24,000 nucleotides of DNA from Breoghania sp. L-A4 (GTDB lineage Bacteria; Pseudomonadota; Alphaproteobacteria; Rhizobiales; Stappiaceae). Made by a program: the position numbers and the translations under genes. A model generated the notes under the pieces. It searched no databases. It was not told where the DNA came from and saw only the letters and a program-made list of their open reading frames with translations. Position 1 is the first letter of the stretch, and each line of letters opens with the position of its first letter. Location of the stretch: the NCBI RefSeq assembly GCF_003432385.1, contig NZ_CP031841.1:4280165-4304164 (forward strand), written 5' to 3'. Shown in pieces: positions 1 to 8,614 of the stretch.

Positions 1-716
1 ACGGCGTCCTGGCCGGCGACAACGGCGAAATCGCGCACCCGGCGCAGCAGACGTCCGGCGATGCGCGGCGTGCCGCGCGCGCGCTTGGCGATCTCGTTGG
101 CGCCATCGTCCGTCATCCCGATGCCGAGAATGCGCGCGCCGCGCCGCACGATCAGTTCCAGTTCCTCGACGGTGTAGAAATTCAACCGCACGGGAATGCC
201 GAAGCGGTCGCGCAAGGGTGTGGTCAGCAGACCGAGCCGGGTGGTGGCGGCGACCAGCGTGAACTTCGACAGATCGATCTTCACCGAGCGCGCCGCCGGC
301 CCCTCGCCGATGATCAGATCGAGCTGGAAGTCTTCCATGGCGGGATAGAGAATTTCCTCCACCGCCGGGCTGAGCCTGTGAATCTCGTCGATGAACAGCA
401 CGTCGCGTTCCTCGAGATTGGTGAGCAACGCCGCAAGGTCCCCGGCCTTGGCGATGACGGGGCCGGAGGTGGCGCGAAAGCTCACGCCCAATTCGCGCGC
501 CATGATCTGCGCCAGCGTGGTCTTGCCCAGCCCGGGAGGACCGACGAAGAGCACGTGGTCGAGCGCCTCGCCACGCGCCTTGGCCGCCTCGATGAACACC
601 GACAGATTGGCGCGCGCCTGCGCCTGACCGACGAACTCGCCGAGCGCCAGCGGCCGCATGGAGCTGTCCGGCTCGTCGCCGCGTTCCCGGGGCGTGACGA
701 CTCGATCATCGCTCAT
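1..716 (-). CDS. ruvB: Holliday junction branch migration helicase RuvB (N-terminal ~238 aa; the 3' end runs off the left edge)
   Basis: My own reverse translation from the ATG at 716 gives [78 protein letters not shown]...[40 protein letters not shown]... This includes the Walker A motif GPPGLGKTT and the DEIH Walker B motif. It is absent from the ORF track because no stop codon falls in the window. It lies downstream of ruvA as expected. Confidence 0.95.
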   Translation of the reverse strand, partial: MSDDRVVTPRERGDEPDSSMRPLALGEFVGQAQARANLSVFIEAAKARGEALDHVLFVGPPGLGKTTLAQIMARELGVSFRATSGPVIAKAGDLAALLTNLEERDVLFIDEIHRLSPAVEEILYPAMEDFQLDLIIGEGPAARSVKIDLSKFTLVAATTRLGLLTTPLRDRFGIPVRLNFYTVEELELIVRRGARILGIGMTDDGANEIAKRARGTPRIAGRLLRRVRDFAVVAGQDA

Positions 717-790
717 GGGTGGGCCCCAGCGTTGAATTGCGGGAAACGGGCTCGGTTTCGAGACGGCTCGTGGGGCGTTCGGCGTTTGCC

Positions 791-982
791 GCCCATCCTT
801 CGAGACGCCCGTGTGCCACGGGCTCCTCAGGATGAGGTTGGGGGTTTGGCGGGCATGACAAAGCGGCCTTGCGCACGCACCCCATCCCGAAGGGTCGCGT
901 CCAGAACGATGTCGACACAGTGCTCGCCGCCCCCTCAACCTCATCCTGAGGAGGCGCGCCAGCGCCGTCTCGAAGGATGGGC
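791..982. repeat. Inverted pair of ~52-nt REP/RIME-like palindromic intergenic elements (copy A 791-844, copy B 931-982)
   Basis: The arms gcccatccttcgagacg (791-807) and tcctcaggatgaggttg (824-840) recur as exact reverse complements at 966-982 and 936-952. Each copy has its own small GC hairpin in the centre (cccgtg..cacggg in A; ggcgc..gcgcc in B). Translation of the element produces the LEGW and PHPEE peptide artefacts I associate with alphaproteobacterial intergenic repeats. Confidence 0.75.
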
Positions 983-1067
983 CACGCACCGGGACCGTAC
1001 GGCACGCGCCTCGCCCCAAGCACGACGCGCGTGCCGATGGCTCGCGGAAAGACCAATGTGTCCCCGC

Positions 1068-1685
1068 TCATGACGACAGTTCCTTGAGGCCGAGACGGAT
1101 GAGCGTGGCGGTGCCCGCGTCCTCACCCGCGCTGCGCTGCGCGCTGGCGACAGCGGCGGCGGCCTGCGGCCCCCCATAGCCTAGATTGACAAGCGCGGAG
1201 ACAGCATCGGCCACCGGGCGCGGGGCGGTCTTCCCGGCGATCTCGGACGCCAGTTGGACGGTGCCGCTATCCGCATCCGCGAAGGCCGGGGCCTTGGCCT
1301 TGAGCTCGGTGACGATGCGCTCGGCGACCCGCTTGCCGACTCCCGGCGCGCGCGCGATGGTGACCTTGTCCTGCAGCGCGATGGCGTTGGCGACCTCGCC
1401 GGGCTTGAGGATACCGAGAATGCCGAGCGCCACCTTGGCGCCCACACCCTGCACCGTCATCAGCATGCGGAACCACTCGCGCTCCAGATCGGAGGCAAAG
1501 CCGAACAGCCGGATCTGGTCCTCGCGCACATAGGTCTCGATGGAAAGGACCGCCGCCTCGCCGACCGGCGGCAGGCCCTGCAGCACCCGGGAGGGACATT
1601 GCACGTGATAGCCGACGCCATGGACGTCGAGGATCACGAAATCCTCGCCGTAGCTGTCGATGACGCCCTTGAGTTTGCCAATCAA
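1068..1685 (-). CDS. ruvA: Holliday junction DNA-binding protein RuvA
   Basis: 205 aa starting [28 protein letters not shown], with HhH-region sequence [15 protein letters not shown] and [13 protein letters not shown]. The start is TTG at 1685, preceded by AGGGG and placed 4 nt after the ruvC stop. Confidence 0.95.
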   Translation of the reverse strand: MIGKLKGVIDSYGEDFVILDVHGVGYHVQCPSRVLQGLPPVGEAAVLSIETYVREDQIRLFGFASDLEREWFRMLMTVQGVGAKVALGILGILKPGEVANAIALQDKVTIARAPGVGKRVAERIVTELKAKAPAFADADSGTVQLASEIAGKTAPRPVADAVSALVNLGYGGPQAAAAVASAQRSAGEDAGTATLIRLGLKELSS

Positions 1686-1689
1686 GCCC

Positions 1690-2253
1690 CTACCCCGCTA
1701 TCCGTATTGCCGTGCCGTCGGTGGCCTCTGTCTCATTGCCCGATCCTCTCCGCCAGACGCGCGTGCGCGGCGGCCGCCCGCGATGTTGCGCGTGACAGAT
1801 GGCGATGGCGAGAGCATCGGCCGCGTCGTCGGAATTGAACGTCGCCTTCGGCATCAGGACCTTCACCATCATGCGGATCTGCTTCTTGTCGGCGTGGCCC
1901 GCTCCGACGACGGTCTTCTTGACGAGGTTCGGCAGATATTCGCCCACCACCAGCCCGGCAATGGCCGGCACCAGCATGGCGATTCCACGCGCCTGGCCAA
2001 GCTTCAGCGTCGCGTTGGCGTCCTTGTTGACGAAGGTCTGCTCAACCGCCGCCTCATCCGGGCGATGGGTTTCCAGCACGTTCACCAGTCCGTCGTGCAA
2101 CTGCACCAGCCGGTCGGCCAGCGCGCGGCTCGACGTCGATACGACCGTGCCCGAGGCCACGAACTTCAGGTTCGTGCCGGTGACGTCGATGACGCCCCAT
2201 CCCGTATTACGCAGGCCCGGATCGATACCGAGGATTCGAATCGTGGTGTTCAT
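1690..2253 (-). CDS. ruvC: Crossover junction endodeoxyribonuclease RuvC
   Basis: [24 protein letters not shown]... matches the typical RuvC N-terminus with its catalytic Asp. The region [11 protein letters not shown] lies near the C-terminus. I prefer the ATG at 2253; an in-frame TTG at 2271 is an alternative start. Confidence 0.9.
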   Translation of the reverse strand: MNTTIRILGIDPGLRNTGWGVIDVTGTNLKFVASGTVVSTSSRALADRLVQLHDGLVNVLETHRPDEAAVEQTFVNKDANATLKLGQARGIAMLVPAIAGLVVGEYLPNLVKKTVVGAGHADKKQIRMMVKVLMPKATFNSDDAADALAIAICHAQHRGRPPRTRVWRRGSGNETEATDGTAIRIAG

Positions 2254-2469
2254 AGAACAAAGGGGTAACAACGAAACCGCGTGAACGCCAGATTATCCTG
2301 CCTGGCACCGTGCAATAGCGCGCCTGGCCCTTGCCTGAAATGTGGCCGGCGACACAAGCGGACGGCGCGGCGGCCTGCTTTGCGCGGCACGGCCTGCTTG
2401 ACTTCCACCGGCCTATTGGGCACGCATCTGCCACTCATGCATGACATATGGGAACGAGGACATACCAAC

Positions 2470-2865
2470 ATGTTGAAAGCATTTTTCGCGACCCTGGTCG
2501 GCGCCGCCCTGATCGGCGTGCCCGCCGTCGCGGCCGATCTCAAGATCAAGGAAATCGATGTCGGCACCGGCACGAAAGCCACGACCGGCGATCTGGTGTC
2601 CGTGCACTACACCGGTTGGCTGGCGGACTCGACCAAGTTCGACTCAAGCCGCGATCGCGGTGAGCCGTTCCGGTTCACCCTGGGCGCCGGACAGGTCATC
2701 AAGGGCTGGGACCAGGGCGTCGCCGGCATGCGGGTCGGCGGCAAGCGCGAACTGACGATCCCTCCGGCGCTTGGCTACGGCACCAGGGGCGCCGGCGGCG
2801 TCATCCCGCCGAATGCGACACTGAGCTTCGAGGTCGAACTGCTCAAGGTCAACGGCGCGGACTGA
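2470..2865 (+). CDS. Secreted FKBP-type peptidyl-prolyl cis-trans isomerase
   Basis: The ATG at 2470 follows GAGGA. The signal-like N-terminus is [22 protein letters not shown]. The FKBP core is [65 protein letters not shown]. The upstream part of track ORF 2281-2865 is Arg/Cys-rich and looks non-coding. Confidence 0.9.
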   Translation: MLKAFFATLVGAALIGVPAVAADLKIKEIDVGTGTKATTGDLVSVHYTGWLADSTKFDSSRDRGEPFRFTLGAGQVIKGWDQGVAGMRVGGKRELTIPPALGYGTRGAGGVIPPNATLSFEVELLKVNGAD

Positions 2866-2891
2866 CGCGCGCCGTCCCGGTACGTTCAAGA

Positions 2892-2920
2892 CCGCGCGCC
2901 GAAATCCTGCCGGCGCGCGG
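2892..2920 (+). terminator. Perfect 10-bp GC hairpin downstream of the FKBP gene (possible terminator; no U-tract)
   Basis: ccgcgcgccg (2892-2901), a 9-nt loop, then cggcgcgcgg (2911-2920), starting 27 nt after the stop at 2865. It is not followed by a T run, so terminator function is uncertain. Confidence 0.3.
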
Positions 2921-3024
2921 CCTGCCCTCCCGGATCGATCCCCGGTTTCGCGACCCTCCGCCTTTTTCCGGGTCTGGAGGATCCGGTTGCCTTCACGCCA
3001 CCCATTTGAAGTGACACCCCGTCC

Positions 3025-3789
3025 ATGATCGCGGACCTCATGCCGGATTTCTCGGATCCGGCCGTGCTGACCATTCTTGTCGCGGCGATGATCGGCGGGG
3101 CCGTGCGCGGCTTCGCGGGCTTTGGCGCGGCGATGATCTTCATGCCGGTGGCCAGCATCGTCATCGACCCGAAGATCGCCGCGGCCGCCTTCCTCGTCAT
3201 GGATGATGTGCTGACCATGCCGATGGCGCTGCGCGCGGCACGGATCTGCGACTGGCGCACGGTGCTGCCGGCCTTCGTCGGCGCGCTGCTGACCGTGCCG
3301 CTGGGCGCGCTGATGCTGGCCAATGCCGACCAGTTGACGATGCGCTGGGGGATCTCGATCCTGGTGCTGGCGCTGCTGGGGCTGCTGATTTCCGGCTGGC
3401 GCTACAAGGGCGCGCCGACCCTGCCCGTCTCGCTGGGCGTCGGCGCGACCTCCGGTTTTCTCAGCGGCGTGTCGCAGGTCGCCGGACCGCCCGTGGTCGC
3501 CTTCTGGATGAGCGGCCCGCAGCCCGCGATCATCATCCGCGCCAACCTGATCGTCTATTTCGCGCTGGCCAGTTTCGGCGCATTGGCCGCCTACTGGTGG
3601 AACGGGCTGTTCACGCTGGATGTCGCCAAGACACTGGTGATCATCATGCCGGTCAACGCGCTGGCGCTCTATTGCGGCTCGCATTTCTTCTCGCGCTCAT
3701 CAGAACGGCTTTTCCGCCTCGTCGCCTACGGAATGGTGGCGATTGCCGCGATCGGCTCGCTGCCGGTGCTGGACGGCGTGCTCAGATAG
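3025..3789 (+). CDS. TauE/SafE (DUF81) family anion exporter, polytopic membrane protein
   Basis: 254 aa, hydrophobic throughout with multiple predicted TM helices. Gly-rich motifs typical of the family as I recall it: GGAVRGFAGFGAAMIFMP and GATSGFLSGVSQVAGPP. Confidence 0.8.
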   Translation: MIADLMPDFSDPAVLTILVAAMIGGAVRGFAGFGAAMIFMPVASIVIDPKIAAAAFLVMDDVLTMPMALRAARICDWRTVLPAFVGALLTVPLGALMLANADQLTMRWGISILVLALLGLLISGWRYKGAPTLPVSLGVGATSGFLSGVSQVAGPPVVAFWMSGPQPAIIIRANLIVYFALASFGALAAYWWNGLFTLDVAKTLVIIMPVNALALYCGSHFFSRSSERLFRLVAYGMVAIAAIGSLPVLDGVLR

Positions 3790-3912
3790 GCGACGGCCGC
3801 GCCGCAGACACGGATCGTCCCCGAACATCAGTGCGATGGCTGTTCAGCGCAAATCACACTCATCTGATGTAAAAGCGTGATGACGGATTTATCGAACGGA
3901 ACCGGAAGTCAC

Positions 3913-4413
3913 ATGTTCTTCGTACGTACCGCCGGAAAGCAGGACCTTGAGGCCATCTTGGCGCTCCTGTCGGAAACCTGGCACGACACCTATGACGCAA
4001 TCTACGGACCCGACAGGGTCGCGGAGATCACCGCATCGTGGCATTCGCGCCAGTCCCTGGAGGCGAAGCTCACGCAACTGGCGTCGGAATTCATCGTCGC
4101 CGACGATGGCACGCGCATCGGCGGTGTCGCCTTTGCGGCGTGGTCCGATCAGCAGACGAAGCGGGTCACGCTGCACCAGCTTTACGTCCACCCCGACTGC
4201 CAGGGGCAGCGAATAGGCGCAGCGCTCCTCGGCGAGATCATCGACGCCTTTCCAGACGCCAACGCCCTGAGGCTTGAGGTGGAGCCGGCCAACGAGAAGG
4301 CCATCGGCTTCTATCGGGCACACGGGTTTGAAAAGGTCGGCGAGACGAAGGATTGCGGCGGCCGCACCGGCATTCCCGCCGCCATCTATGAACGGCCGCT
4401 CGCTACGGACTAG
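3913..4413 (+). CDS. GNAT family N-acetyltransferase
   Basis: MFFVRTAGKQDLEAILALL... The acetyl-CoA binding region is LHQLYVHPDCQGQRIGAALLGEI (the Q/RxxGxG/A motif), followed by NEKAIGFYRAHGFEKVGE. Alternative in-frame starts are at 3877 and 3880. Confidence 0.8.
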   Translation: MFFVRTAGKQDLEAILALLSETWHDTYDAIYGPDRVAEITASWHSRQSLEAKLTQLASEFIVADDGTRIGGVAFAAWSDQQTKRVTLHQLYVHPDCQGQRIGAALLGEIIDAFPDANALRLEVEPANEKAIGFYRAHGFEKVGETKDCGGRTGIPAAIYERPLATD

Positions 4414-4601
4414 CCGCCTAAAAGCGGAAAGGCGCGCAGCCTGTTTCCTGGCGGCGATCGGCGCGCTGCCGGCGTTCTACTGGGTGCCACGGCAAACCTG
4501 CCTTCAGATCGGCAGAGTGAGAAATCTCACCGGGCATCATCAAGACCACGCGTAAATTCCGTTACGTAAGTTTATTCACTCAACAATTCTTGGAGACGGA
4601 C

Positions 4602-5105
4602 ATGCGCAATACCGCAATCAAATGCCTCGTCGCCTGCGTTATCACCATCATGGCAGGCCCGGCTCTCGCCGACAGCCAGGAGGTCTCGGCAAAGGTGACG
4701 CTGAATAATTTCTCGAACAGCAACATCGAAATCGGCATCCGGACGTCGGATCTCGGCGCCGCATTCCACTCGTGCACGACGGGCAGCAAACCATCCTGCA
4801 CGGTGACCGACGATCAGTCATCGATCCCGAAAAATATTGGCAACATCCTTTGCATGCCCAGCGCCATGAACGTCTCGATCGACAGCAGTTGCCAGTCGTT
4901 GCTTGATGCCGGCGAAAGCGAAAGCTGCCAGTCGAATTCAGCGTCAGGTTACTGCTATGGAAATGTCGTCATGCCAGCCTGCAACTATCGCACGGAGGAC
5001 GACAAATCGACCGCGGCAAGCTGGACCTGGACACTGTCGCCAGGCAGCAACGGCGTCATCGATCTGGCATGTTCGCAAAGCGGCTATCAGGGGTACACGC
5101 AGTAG
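4602..5105 (+). CDS. Hypothetical secreted Cys/Ser/Asn-rich protein (orphan)
   Basis: The ATG at 4602 lies 5 nt after GGAGA. The signal peptide is MRNTAIKCLVACVITIMAGPALA followed by DSQ. The mature part has 8 Cys and is rich in S, N and T. Third codon positions stay G/C-rich, which supports this frame. I recognise no family motif. Confidence 0.6.
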   Translation: MRNTAIKCLVACVITIMAGPALADSQEVSAKVTLNNFSNSNIEIGIRTSDLGAAFHSCTTGSKPSCTVTDDQSSIPKNIGNILCMPSAMNVSIDSSCQSLLDAGESESCQSNSASGYCYGNVVMPACNYRTEDDKSTAASWTWTLSPGSNGVIDLACSQSGYQGYTQ

Positions 5106-5123
5106 CGCTCCGCGCCCGCAGTG

Positions 5124-5159
5124 AAAAAGGACGGGCGCCGGATGGGTCCGCCCTTTTTC
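5124..5159. terminator. Candidate bidirectional intrinsic terminator between convergent genes
   Basis: aaaaa-gg-ac-GGGCG-(11-nt loop)-CGCCC-ttttt. The A run and T run flank the stem. It sits between the stop at 5105 (+) and the stop at 5182 (-). The stem is only 5 bp. Confidence 0.45.
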
Positions 5160-5181
5160 AATTCCACGTAAACCGTATCGT

Positions 5182-5931
5182 TCAGGCGGCCGTGAGCTTC
5201 GCCATCACCTCATCGGAGACCTCGAAGTTGGTGTAGACGTTTTGCACGTCATCATCGTCCTCGAGCGTCTCGATCAGCTTCATCAGCGTGGCCGCCTTTT
5301 CCTCGTCGACCTCGATGTCGTTCTGCGCGCGCCAGATCATCTTCACCGATTCCGCCTCGCCCAGCGCGGCTTCGAGCGCCTTGGACACGTCGCCGAGATC
5401 CTCGAAGGCGCAGGTGATCGTGTGGCCGTCCTCGTCCGACTGCACGTCCTCGGCGCCGGCCTCGACCGCCTGTTCCAGCACGGTGTCCGCGTCGCCGGCC
5501 TCGGGCTTGTAAACGATCTCGCCGATGCGATCGAACATGAAGGAGACGGAGCCCGTCTCGCCCAGCGTTCCGCCGTTCTTGGAGAAGGTGGAGCGCACAT
5601 TGGAGGCGGAGCGATTGCGGTTGTCGGTCAGCACCTCGACGATCACCGCCGTGCCGCCCGGGCCATAACCCTCGTAGCGGATTTCCTCATAATCGCTGGC
5701 ATCGCCCATCTGCGACTTGGAAATCGCGCGCTCGATGTTATCCTTGGGCACCGACTGTCCACGGGCGTTCTGGATCGCCAGGCGCAGGCGCGGGTTGCCG
5801 TCCGGATCCGGCCCGCCGACCTTGGCGGCCACGGTGATTTCCTTCGACAGTTTTGAGAAATGCTTCGCCCGCACCGCGTCCTGGCGGCCCTTGCGGTGCT
5901 GGATGTTCTTGAATTTCGAATGTCCGGCCAT
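5182..5931 (-). CDS. yebC: YebC/PmpR family DNA-binding transcriptional regulator
   Basis: [57 protein letters not shown] is the canonical YebC N-terminus. The ATG is at 5931. The 31 codons further upstream in the track ORF look spurious. Confidence 0.93.
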   Translation of the reverse strand: MAGHSKFKNIQHRKGRQDAVRAKHFSKLSKEITVAAKVGGPDPDGNPRLRLAIQNARGQSVPKDNIERAISKSQMGDASDYEEIRYEGYGPGGTAVIVEVLTDNRNRSASNVRSTFSKNGGTLGETGSVSFMFDRIGEIVYKPEAGDADTVLEQAVEAGAEDVQSDEDGHTITCAFEDLGDVSKALEAALGEAESVKMIWRAQNDIEVDEEKAATLMKLIETLEDDDDVQNVYTNFEVSDEVMAKLTAA

Positions 5932-6127
5932 GGTTGTCTCTGCTTTAACGTGAGCCTTCGCGGCCCTGCCTCCGGGCGGGAGCCGTGTCGAGGGCCGGCA
6001 GAGACAAATGTCTCCGCGCCTCAACCAGGTCCCGGGATTGAAACGGTCGGCCGCTTATAAGCCGGGATGAACGCGAAATCCAGCGCTGCGCACGCCTCGC
6101 GCGCACCCGCCGCGCCTTCCGTAAAAC

Positions 6128-6949
6128 TCAGTTCCAGAAATCCGGGATGGTCTCGGACAGGTTCGGCCCGAGCCGCAGCGGCGCGATATGGGTGGCCAGC
6201 CCGGTGTTGAGATCAACCTCCACGGCGACGCCGCAGATCGTCGCCTCGCCGGTGGCCGGCTGAAAGCGCGCGCCGGGGATCTTGCGCAGGAACCGGTTGA
6301 TCGGCTCCTCCTTGTCCATGCCCAGCACGCCGTCGTAGTCGCCGCACATGCCGGCGTCCGACATATAGGCGGTGCCGTGGGCAAGAATCTGGTGGTCGGC
6401 GGTGGGCACATGGGTGTGGGTGCCGACGACGAGGCTGACCCGGCCGTCGAGAAAATGGCCCATGGCCTGCTTCTCGCTGGTGGCCTCCGCGTGCATGTCG
6501 ATGACCACGGCGTCGGCCACCTCGCCCATCGGGCAGGCATCCAATTCGCGCTCCACCGCGGCGAAGGGATCGTCGAGCGCGTCCATGTAGATGCGGCCCA
6601 TGACGTTCATCACAAGCACGCGCGCGCCGTTGCGCGCATTGTAGAGATTGGCGCCGCGTCCGGGCGTGCCCTTGGGATAGTTGACGGGCCGCAGCAGCCG
6701 GTCCTGGCGCTCGATGAACACCAGCGCCTCGCGCTGATCCCAGGAGTGGTTGCCGAGCGTCACGACATCCGCGCCCGCGTCGATCACGTCCTGGCAGATC
6801 TCCTCGGTAATGCCGAAGCCGCCGGCGGCGTTCTCGCCGTTGACGATGACGAAATCGAGCGCATGGTCGTCGACCAGCGACGGCAGCCGCTCGATCACCG
6901 CGTTGCGGCCGGTCTTGCCGACCAGGTCACCGAGGAACAACAGCCTCAT
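6128..6949 (-). CDS. YmdB-like (TIGR00282) metallophosphoesterase / 2',3'-cyclic-nucleotide phosphodiesterase
   Basis: MRLLFLGDLVGKTGR..VIVNGENAAGGFGIT..TLGNHSWDQ..DMHAEATSEK..GTHTHVPTAD. These are the calcineurin-like metal-binding motifs in the order typical of YmdB. Confidence 0.9.
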   Translation of the reverse strand: MRLLFLGDLVGKTGRNAVIERLPSLVDDHALDFVIVNGENAAGGFGITEEICQDVIDAGADVVTLGNHSWDQREALVFIERQDRLLRPVNYPKGTPGRGANLYNARNGARVLVMNVMGRIYMDALDDPFAAVERELDACPMGEVADAVVIDMHAEATSEKQAMGHFLDGRVSLVVGTHTHVPTADHQILAHGTAYMSDAGMCGDYDGVLGMDKEEPINRFLRKIPGARFQPATGEATICGVAVEVDLNTGLATHIAPLRLGPNLSETIPDFWN

Positions 6950-6950
6950 A

Positions 6951-7562
6951 TCAGTTTGTGTCCGTGCTTGCGCTCAAGTCCTTTTGGCCGGAGCAGGTGA
7001 TGAGTCCCGCCTCCGTCAGCACGCGGCCCAGAGGCTTGTCGTGCGGCTCGTCCGGCACGGCCTGCACTTCCTGCACCGAAAAGGCGATGCCGATCAAGAC
7101 GCGCGGGCCGGCTTCCTCAAGTTTGGCGATCGCCTTGTCATAATGCCCCTTGCCGTAGCCGATGCGATTGCCCCGCCGGTCAAACGCCGCAAGCGGCACC
7201 AAGAGCACGTCGGGCTGCAGTTCCTCGGACGCCTCCGACGGTTCGGATGTGCCGAAGCCGGCAGGCACCAGCTCGGTCTCGGGCGAGAGCTCGCGAAAGA
7301 TCATGTGCGGCTGGCGGACGACCGGCAGGCACAGCCGGTGCCCACGCTGGCCGATGGCGTGCATCAGGGGGCGCGGGTCGATCTCGTCAAAAATCGGCCA
7401 GAATCCGGAAACAATAGCGCCCTGGGGCAGATCAAGGCTGTCGAGATGGTCCATGAGCGCCAGCGAGCCCTCGATACGCACCTGCGGGCCGAGAGCGCCG
7501 CGACGGCCAAGCGCCTCCCGCCGCAGCGCGTCCTTCGAAGCGATGACAGCGGCGTCGGTCAC
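6951..7562 (-). CDS. 5-formyltetrahydrofolate cyclo-ligase
   Basis: Contains SKDALRREALGRRGAL near the N-terminus and NRIGYGKGHYDK in the C-terminal half. The stop at 6951-6953 lies 1 nt before the ATG of the downstream gene, so the two look like an operon. I prefer the GTG at 7562, preceded by AGGACGG. The track's TTG at 7619 is the maximal alternative. Confidence 0.85.
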   Translation of the reverse strand: MTDAAVIASKDALRREALGRRGALGPQVRIEGSLALMDHLDSLDLPQGAIVSGFWPIFDEIDPRPLMHAIGQRGHRLCLPVVRQPHMIFRELSPETELVPAGFGTSEPSEASEELQPDVLLVPLAAFDRRGNRIGYGKGHYDKAIAKLEEAGPRVLIGIAFSVQEVQAVPDEPHDKPLGRVLTEAGLITCSGQKDLSASTDTN

Positions 7563-7649
7563 GAGATCCGTCCTGGGAGAGTGGTGGTTCGGCGTGCCCG
7601 CGACGATCACCGCGGGCAAGAGGCGCCGGAAAGGGCGAGGGCAACAGGT

Positions 7650-7810
7650 TGGCGAAGCCGCCTCGGCCGTCCGAGGTTGTGATCCCGGGAACCTACAACG
7701 TAGGTGGGCGCCGTGTGTCCGGGCCCACGGGCCCGGTCAGGAACAGCTCCCGTGGGGATCATTAAGGCCCCGGGGATTGTGTCTCAAACGCACCGCGCAG
7801 CGACGCCAGA
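7650..7810 (-). ncRNA. ssrS: Candidate 6S RNA (about 160 nt)
   Basis: It sits immediately upstream of 5-formyl-THF cyclo-ligase on the same strand, which is the classic ssrS-ygfA arrangement. Hand folding gives a long closing stem: UGGCG 7808-7804 pairs with CGCCA 7654-7650, and CGUUUGAG 7790-7783 pairs with CUCGGACG 7675-7668. There is a large asymmetric central region with a 3'-side mini-hairpin (ACCUAC-GUU-GUAGGU). The apical GC hairpin is CCGGGCC-CGUG-GGCCCGG at 7736-7719. A TATATC -10-like box at 7820-7815 lies about 6 nt upstream of the proposed 5' end. The ends are approximate. Confidence 0.55.
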
Positions 7811-7895
7811 AGCAGATATAGACCCGCATGTGCCCGAGCGCCAGAGGCAGCCGTCGCCGTGCGTGTCAAAACGGAGCCGCCGGTCGCATGCGCGA

Positions 7896-8240
7896 TCAGC
7901 CGGCGGCGTTCTTGCCGATCATCGCCGCCGCCAGCGCGCTGATCCTTTCAACATTCAATGTGGCCGAGTCGACGGCGCTCTGCGCCAGGGCCACCGCCTC
8001 GTTGGCTTGCGGGCCGTCCCCGTCGCGCAGCAGCATTTCCTCCGCCACCCCCAGCACCGCATTGGCAATGGTCTGGGTGTTGCGCAAATGGGCAACCGCA
8101 TCCTGAACGGCCATGGCGGCGGCCTGCTCGATCATCACCGCCGGCCCGGGAACGGCGGAGGTCTCAAGATCTTGTGCCAGGCCGACCTTCTCGTGGAAAG
8201 CCGCCGCCAACTCGTCCGGTTGGGTTTTCGTGGGGCTCAT
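7896..8240 (-). CDS. Small Ala-rich helical protein, divergent RebB-like paralog (114 aa)
   Basis: The ATG at 8240 overlaps the stop of the upstream ORF (ATGA). AGGGAG lies 10 nt upstream. The sequence is MSPTKTQPDELAAAFHEKVGLAQDLETSAVPGPAVMIEQAAAMAVQDAVAHLRNTQTIANAVLGVAEEML... Its resemblance to the xNAVxAQQ core of the two upstream ORFs is weak. It forms only the 3' end of the spurious 424-aa track ORF 7896-9170. Confidence 0.6.
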   Translation of the reverse strand: MSPTKTQPDELAAAFHEKVGLAQDLETSAVPGPAVMIEQAAAMAVQDAVAHLRNTQTIANAVLGVAEEMLLRDGDGPQANEAVALAQSAVDSATLNVERISALAAAMIGKNAAG

Positions 8241-8560
8241 ACAGACGCACTCCCTGCTTTCTCGGCCTTCTGACCCGCGGTCTGGGCAGGTTTGCCGGAC
8301 GCGGTTTTCGCCGGCCGCGCCGCGGCTTCGCCACCCGCTTTCGCCACGGCGCTCACCGCGAGAATACGCGTCACCGCGCTGACGACAGCGGCGTTTGCCG
8401 TGATGGACGCGTTCTGCTGCGCCTGCACGGCGTTGATCATCGACAGATTGGCGCTCTGCGCGCGCACCTGCATCAGCGCGGCCGCTGCGACGCGTTGCGG
8501 AGCCGGAACCACCTCGTCCGCCTCGGACGGTTGCGCGGCTTCGTTCGTTTGAGTGGGCAT
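8237..8560 (-). CDS. RebB-like (killing-trait family) paralog with an Ala/Lys-rich C-terminal tail (107 aa)
   Basis: The ATG at 8560 is preceded by GGGGAGA. The core AQSANLSMINAVQAQQNASITANAAVVSAVTRIL aligns by eye with AHSTGILMENAVAAQQQAAVLAQAAANQGVIQIY of the upstream ORF. The tail is AKAGGEAAARPAKTASGKPAQTAGQKAEKAGS. Confidence 0.65.
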   Translation of the reverse strand: MPTQTNEAAQPSEADEVVPAPQRVAAAALMQVRAQSANLSMINAVQAQQNASITANAAVVSAVTRILAVSAVAKAGGEAAARPAKTASGKPAQTAGQKAEKAGSASV

Positions 8561-8614
8561 GAAGTCTCCCCTGGATTGTGACGCGAGCGTGTTCGTCTCG
8601 CCGGATCTGAACGC

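Noticed and set aside
706-1071. 121-aa ORF exactly filling the ruvA-ruvB gap (its start overlaps the ruvA stop as ATGA), and the opposite-strand ORF 378-1073
   Set aside because: The sequence is made of the inverted repeat elements and gives the mirror peptide artefacts PILRD..PQDEV and PHPEE..RLEGW. About 30% of third codon positions are A/T, against about 13% in the adjacent ruvB by my hand count. I read it as a translated repeat, not a gene.
2644-3684. 346-aa minus-strand ORF opposite the TauE/SafE gene
   Set aside because: It is antisense to a coherent polytopic membrane protein. The translation is dominated by R, D, G, Q and H and has no hydrophobic core or motif.
3877-4413. GNAT as the toxin of a GNAT/RHH toxin-antitoxin pair
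   Set aside because: There is no small antitoxin-like ORF upstream or downstream in the same operon. The only upstream ORF (3597-3872) is an Arg-rich off-frame read overlapping the end of the TauE gene.
7830-7895. Terminator immediately after the last reb ORF
   Set aside because: Only a 3-bp CGG/CCG pairing precedes the UUUU at about 7870. That is too weak to call, so read-through into the 6S candidate remains possible.
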